From Eledone cirrhosa (Eukaryota), in NCBI GenBank assembly GCA_964016885.1, contig OZ024742.1, forward strand, positions 249,178,001 through 249,242,000: a stretch of DNA of 64,000 nucleotides. Reading direction: 5' to 3'. Shown here piece by piece: positions 61,010 through 64,000 of the stretch (positions within the stretch are counted from its first letter, which is position 1; the number at the start of each line of letters is the position of its first letter). The translations under genes and the position numbers were made by a program. Below the pieces are notes generated by a model. The model made no database searches. It was not told the DNA's origin and saw only the letters and a list, made by a program, of their open reading frames with translations.

Positions 61010-61033
61010 GTATATAATATATATTTATATATG

Positions 61034-61082
<49 letters not shown>

Positions 61083-61103
61083 ATGTATATTTAAATATAT
61101 TTA

Positions 61104-61140
<37 letters not shown>

Positions 61141-61155
61141 GTAATATATATATAC

Positions 61156-61287
<132 letters not shown>

Positions 61288-61370
61288 GGTATATATGTAT
61301 GTATATATAAATATATGTAAATATATGTATGTATATATATAATGTATATATAAATGTATGTATATATATA

Positions 61371-61408
<38 letters not shown>

Positions 61409-61413
61409 TATAC

Positions 61414-61469
<56 letters not shown>

Positions 61470-61591
61470 AACCCTTTCATTTTATCCTCTTCCCCCTTTA
61501 ATAATAATGCAGCAGATAGACAAAATAGATCCACACACACATCTCCTTACAGATATATATGTACAGTTAAATATAAGTATATGTAAACAGA

Positions 61592-62302
61592 TTGATGGTG
61601 GTGGTAGCTGAGGTGGTGTTAAGGCTAGCAGATGGCTCGCTGGTGGTGGTGGTGATGCAGCTAATGGTGGACTTGGTGATGGCGTCGGTGTTGATGGTAA
61701 GGATAATGGCTGGTGGTGGTGTTGTTGTTGTTGTTGGTGGTGGTGGTGTTGGTGGTGGTGGTGGTGGCGTTCGTGGTGGTAGTGTTGTTGTTGTTGTTGG
61801 TGGTGGTGTCGTTCGTGGTGGTGGTGGTGGTGGTGGTGTTGTTGGTGGTGGTGTTGTTGGTGGTGGTGGCGCTCGCGGTGGTGGTGGTGTTGTTGTTGTT
61901 GGTGGTGGTGGTGGTGGTGCTCGTGGTGTTGGTGGTGGTGGTGGCGCTCGTGGTGGTGGTGTTTTGTTGCTGTTGTTGGTGGTGGTGGCGTTCGCGGTGC
62001 AGGTGGTGTTGTTGTTGTTGGTGGTGGTGGTGGTGGTGGCGCTCGTGCTGGTGGTGGTGGTGGCGCTCGTGGTGGTAGTGTTGCTGTTGTTGGTGGTGGC
62101 GCTCGTGGTGGTGGTGTTGTTGGTGGTGGTGGCGGTGGTGGCGATCGTGGTGGTGGTGTTTTGTTGTTGTTGTTGGTGGTGGTGGCGTTCGCGGTGGTGG
62201 TGGTGTTGTTGTTGTTGCTGGTGGTGGTGGTGGCGCTCGTGGTGGTATTGTTGTTGTTGTTGGTGGTGGTGGTGGCGGCGCTCGTGGTGATGGTGGTGGT
62301 GG

Positions 62303-62333
<31 letters not shown>

Positions 62334-64000
62334 GGCGTTCGTGGTGATGGTGGTGGTGGTGTTGTTGTTGTTGGTGGTGGTGGTGGTGTTGTTGTTGTTG
62401 GTGGTGGTGGTGGTGGTGGTGGCGCTCGTGGTGGTGTTGTTGTTGTTGTTGGCGGTGGTGGTGGCGCTCGTGGTGGTGGTGTTGTTGTTGTTGTTGGTGT
62501 TGGTGGTGGTGGTGGCGCTCGTGGTGGTGTTGTTGTTGTTGTTGGCGGTGGTGGTGGCGCTCGTGGTGGTGGTGTTGTTGTTGTTGGCGGTGGTGGTGGC
62601 GCTCGTGGTGGTGTTGTTGTTGTTGTTGGCGGTGGTGGTGGCGCTCGTGGTGGTGGTGTTGTTGTTGTTGGCGGTGGTGGTGGCGCTCGTGGTGGTGTTG
62701 TTGTTGTTGTTGGTGGTGGTGGTGGCGCTCGTGGTGGTGGTGTTGTTGTTGTTGTTGGTGTTGGTGGTGGTGGTGGCGCTCGTGGTGGTGGTGTTGTTGT
62801 TGTTGTTGGTGTTGGTGGTGGTGGTGGCGCTGGTGGGTGTGTTGTTTTTGGTGGTGGTGGTGGTGGCGCTCGTAGTGGTTGTGGTGGTGTTGTTGTTGTT
62901 GTTGGTGGTGGTGGCGGTGGCGCTCGTGGTGGTGTTGTTGTTGTTGTTGTTGGTGGTGGTGTTAGTGGTGGTGCTGTTGTGGGTTGTGGTGGTAGTGGTG
63001 GTTGTGGTGGTAGTGGTGCCCGTGGTGTTATTGCTGGTGGTGTTGTTGGTTGTGGTGGTGGTGCTGTTGGTTGAGGTGGTAGTGGTGGTGGTGGTGTTAG
63101 TGGTGGTGGTGCTGTTGGTTGTGGTGGTAGTGGTGGTAGTGGTGGTGGTGGTGTTAGTGGTGGTGGCGTTGTTGGTTGTGGTGTTAGTGGTGGTGGTGCT
63201 GCTGGTTGTGGTGGTAGTGGTGGTGGTGCTGTTGGTTATGGTGGTAGTGCTGCTGGTGGCTGTAGTGGTGGTGGTGGTGTTGGTTGTGGTGGTAATGGTG
63301 GTGGTGGTGTTAGTGGTGGTGGTGCTGTTTGTGGTGGTGGTGGTGTTAGTGGTGGTGGTGCTGTTTGTTGTGGTGGTAGTGGTGGTGGTGGTGTTAGTGG
63401 TGGTGCTGTTGGTTGTGGTGGTAGTGGTGGTAGTGGTGGTATTAGTGGCCGTGGTGTTGTTGTTTGTGGTGGTGGTGTTAGTGGTGGTGGTGTTAGTGGT
63501 GGTGGTGCTGTTGGTTATGGTGGTGGTGGTGTTAGTGGTGGTGGTGCTGTTGGTTATGGTGGTGGTGGTGTTAATGGTGGTGGTGTTAGTGGTGGTTATG
63601 TTAGTGGTGGTGTTAGTGGTGGTGGTGTTGTTGGTTGTGGTGGTAGTGGTGGTGGTGGTGTTAGTGGTGGTGGTGTTAGTGGTGGTGGTGCTGTTGGTTG
63701 TGGTGCTAGTGGTGGTCGTGGTGTTAGTGGTGGTGGTGCTGTTGGTTATGGTGGTAGTGGTGGTGGTGGTGTTAGTGGTGGTGGTGTTGTTGGTTGTGGT
63801 GGTAGTGGTGGTGGTGGTGTTAGTGGTGGTTGTGTTGTTTGTTGTGGTGGTAGTGGTGGTGGTGGTGATGGTAGTGGTGATGGTATGGTAGTGTTAGTAG
63901 TGGTGTTGTTGGTTGTGTGGTATGGTGGTTATGGTATAGAGTTGTTAATAGTGGTATAGTATGGAGTTGTTAACAGTCGTGTTGTTGTTGGTTGTGGTAG
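61592..64000. repeat. Long (GGT/GTT)n trinucleotide-derived low-complexity array with GGCGCTCGT-punctuated higher-order units
   Basis: Direct reading. The poly-V/L/G ORFs are a consequence of the repeat. Confidence 0.92.

Noticed and set aside
62161-63891. 576-aa poly-Val/Leu ORF
   Set aside because: Artifact of GTG/TTG repeats, which lack stop codons.

Overview
Eukaryotic, gene-empty, extremely repeat-rich DNA. The SINE types, the (TA)n/(CA)n/(TATG)n microsatellite load and the LINE mix look like an octopus or other cephalopod intron or intergenic region (inference from memory, not a database result). No host gene is supported. The window is a nested pile of decayed mobile elements: four Tx1-clade LINE copies (one near full length), two near-full-length RTE LINEs with C-terminal C2H2 zinc fingers plus several RTE fragments, four R4/Dong-like RLE LINE pieces, at least three Penelope-like (RT + GIY-YIG) elements, two mariner relics, non-autonomous Helitrons, a hAT/Charlie MITE with a perfect 8-bp TSD, and several tRNA-derived SINEs. 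The signal the ORF track misses is a dense set of type I hammerhead ribozyme (HHR) motifs. By manual reading, 9 have an intact CUGANGA...GAAA core and about 6 are decayed, from several unrelated sequence families. Some sit inside short non-coding fold-back (inverted-repeat) cassettes, and some are 65-95 bp ribozyme-only inserts in (TA)n. These look like non-autonomous Penelope/retrozyme-like mobile RNAs. All structures were paired by eye and none was computed.
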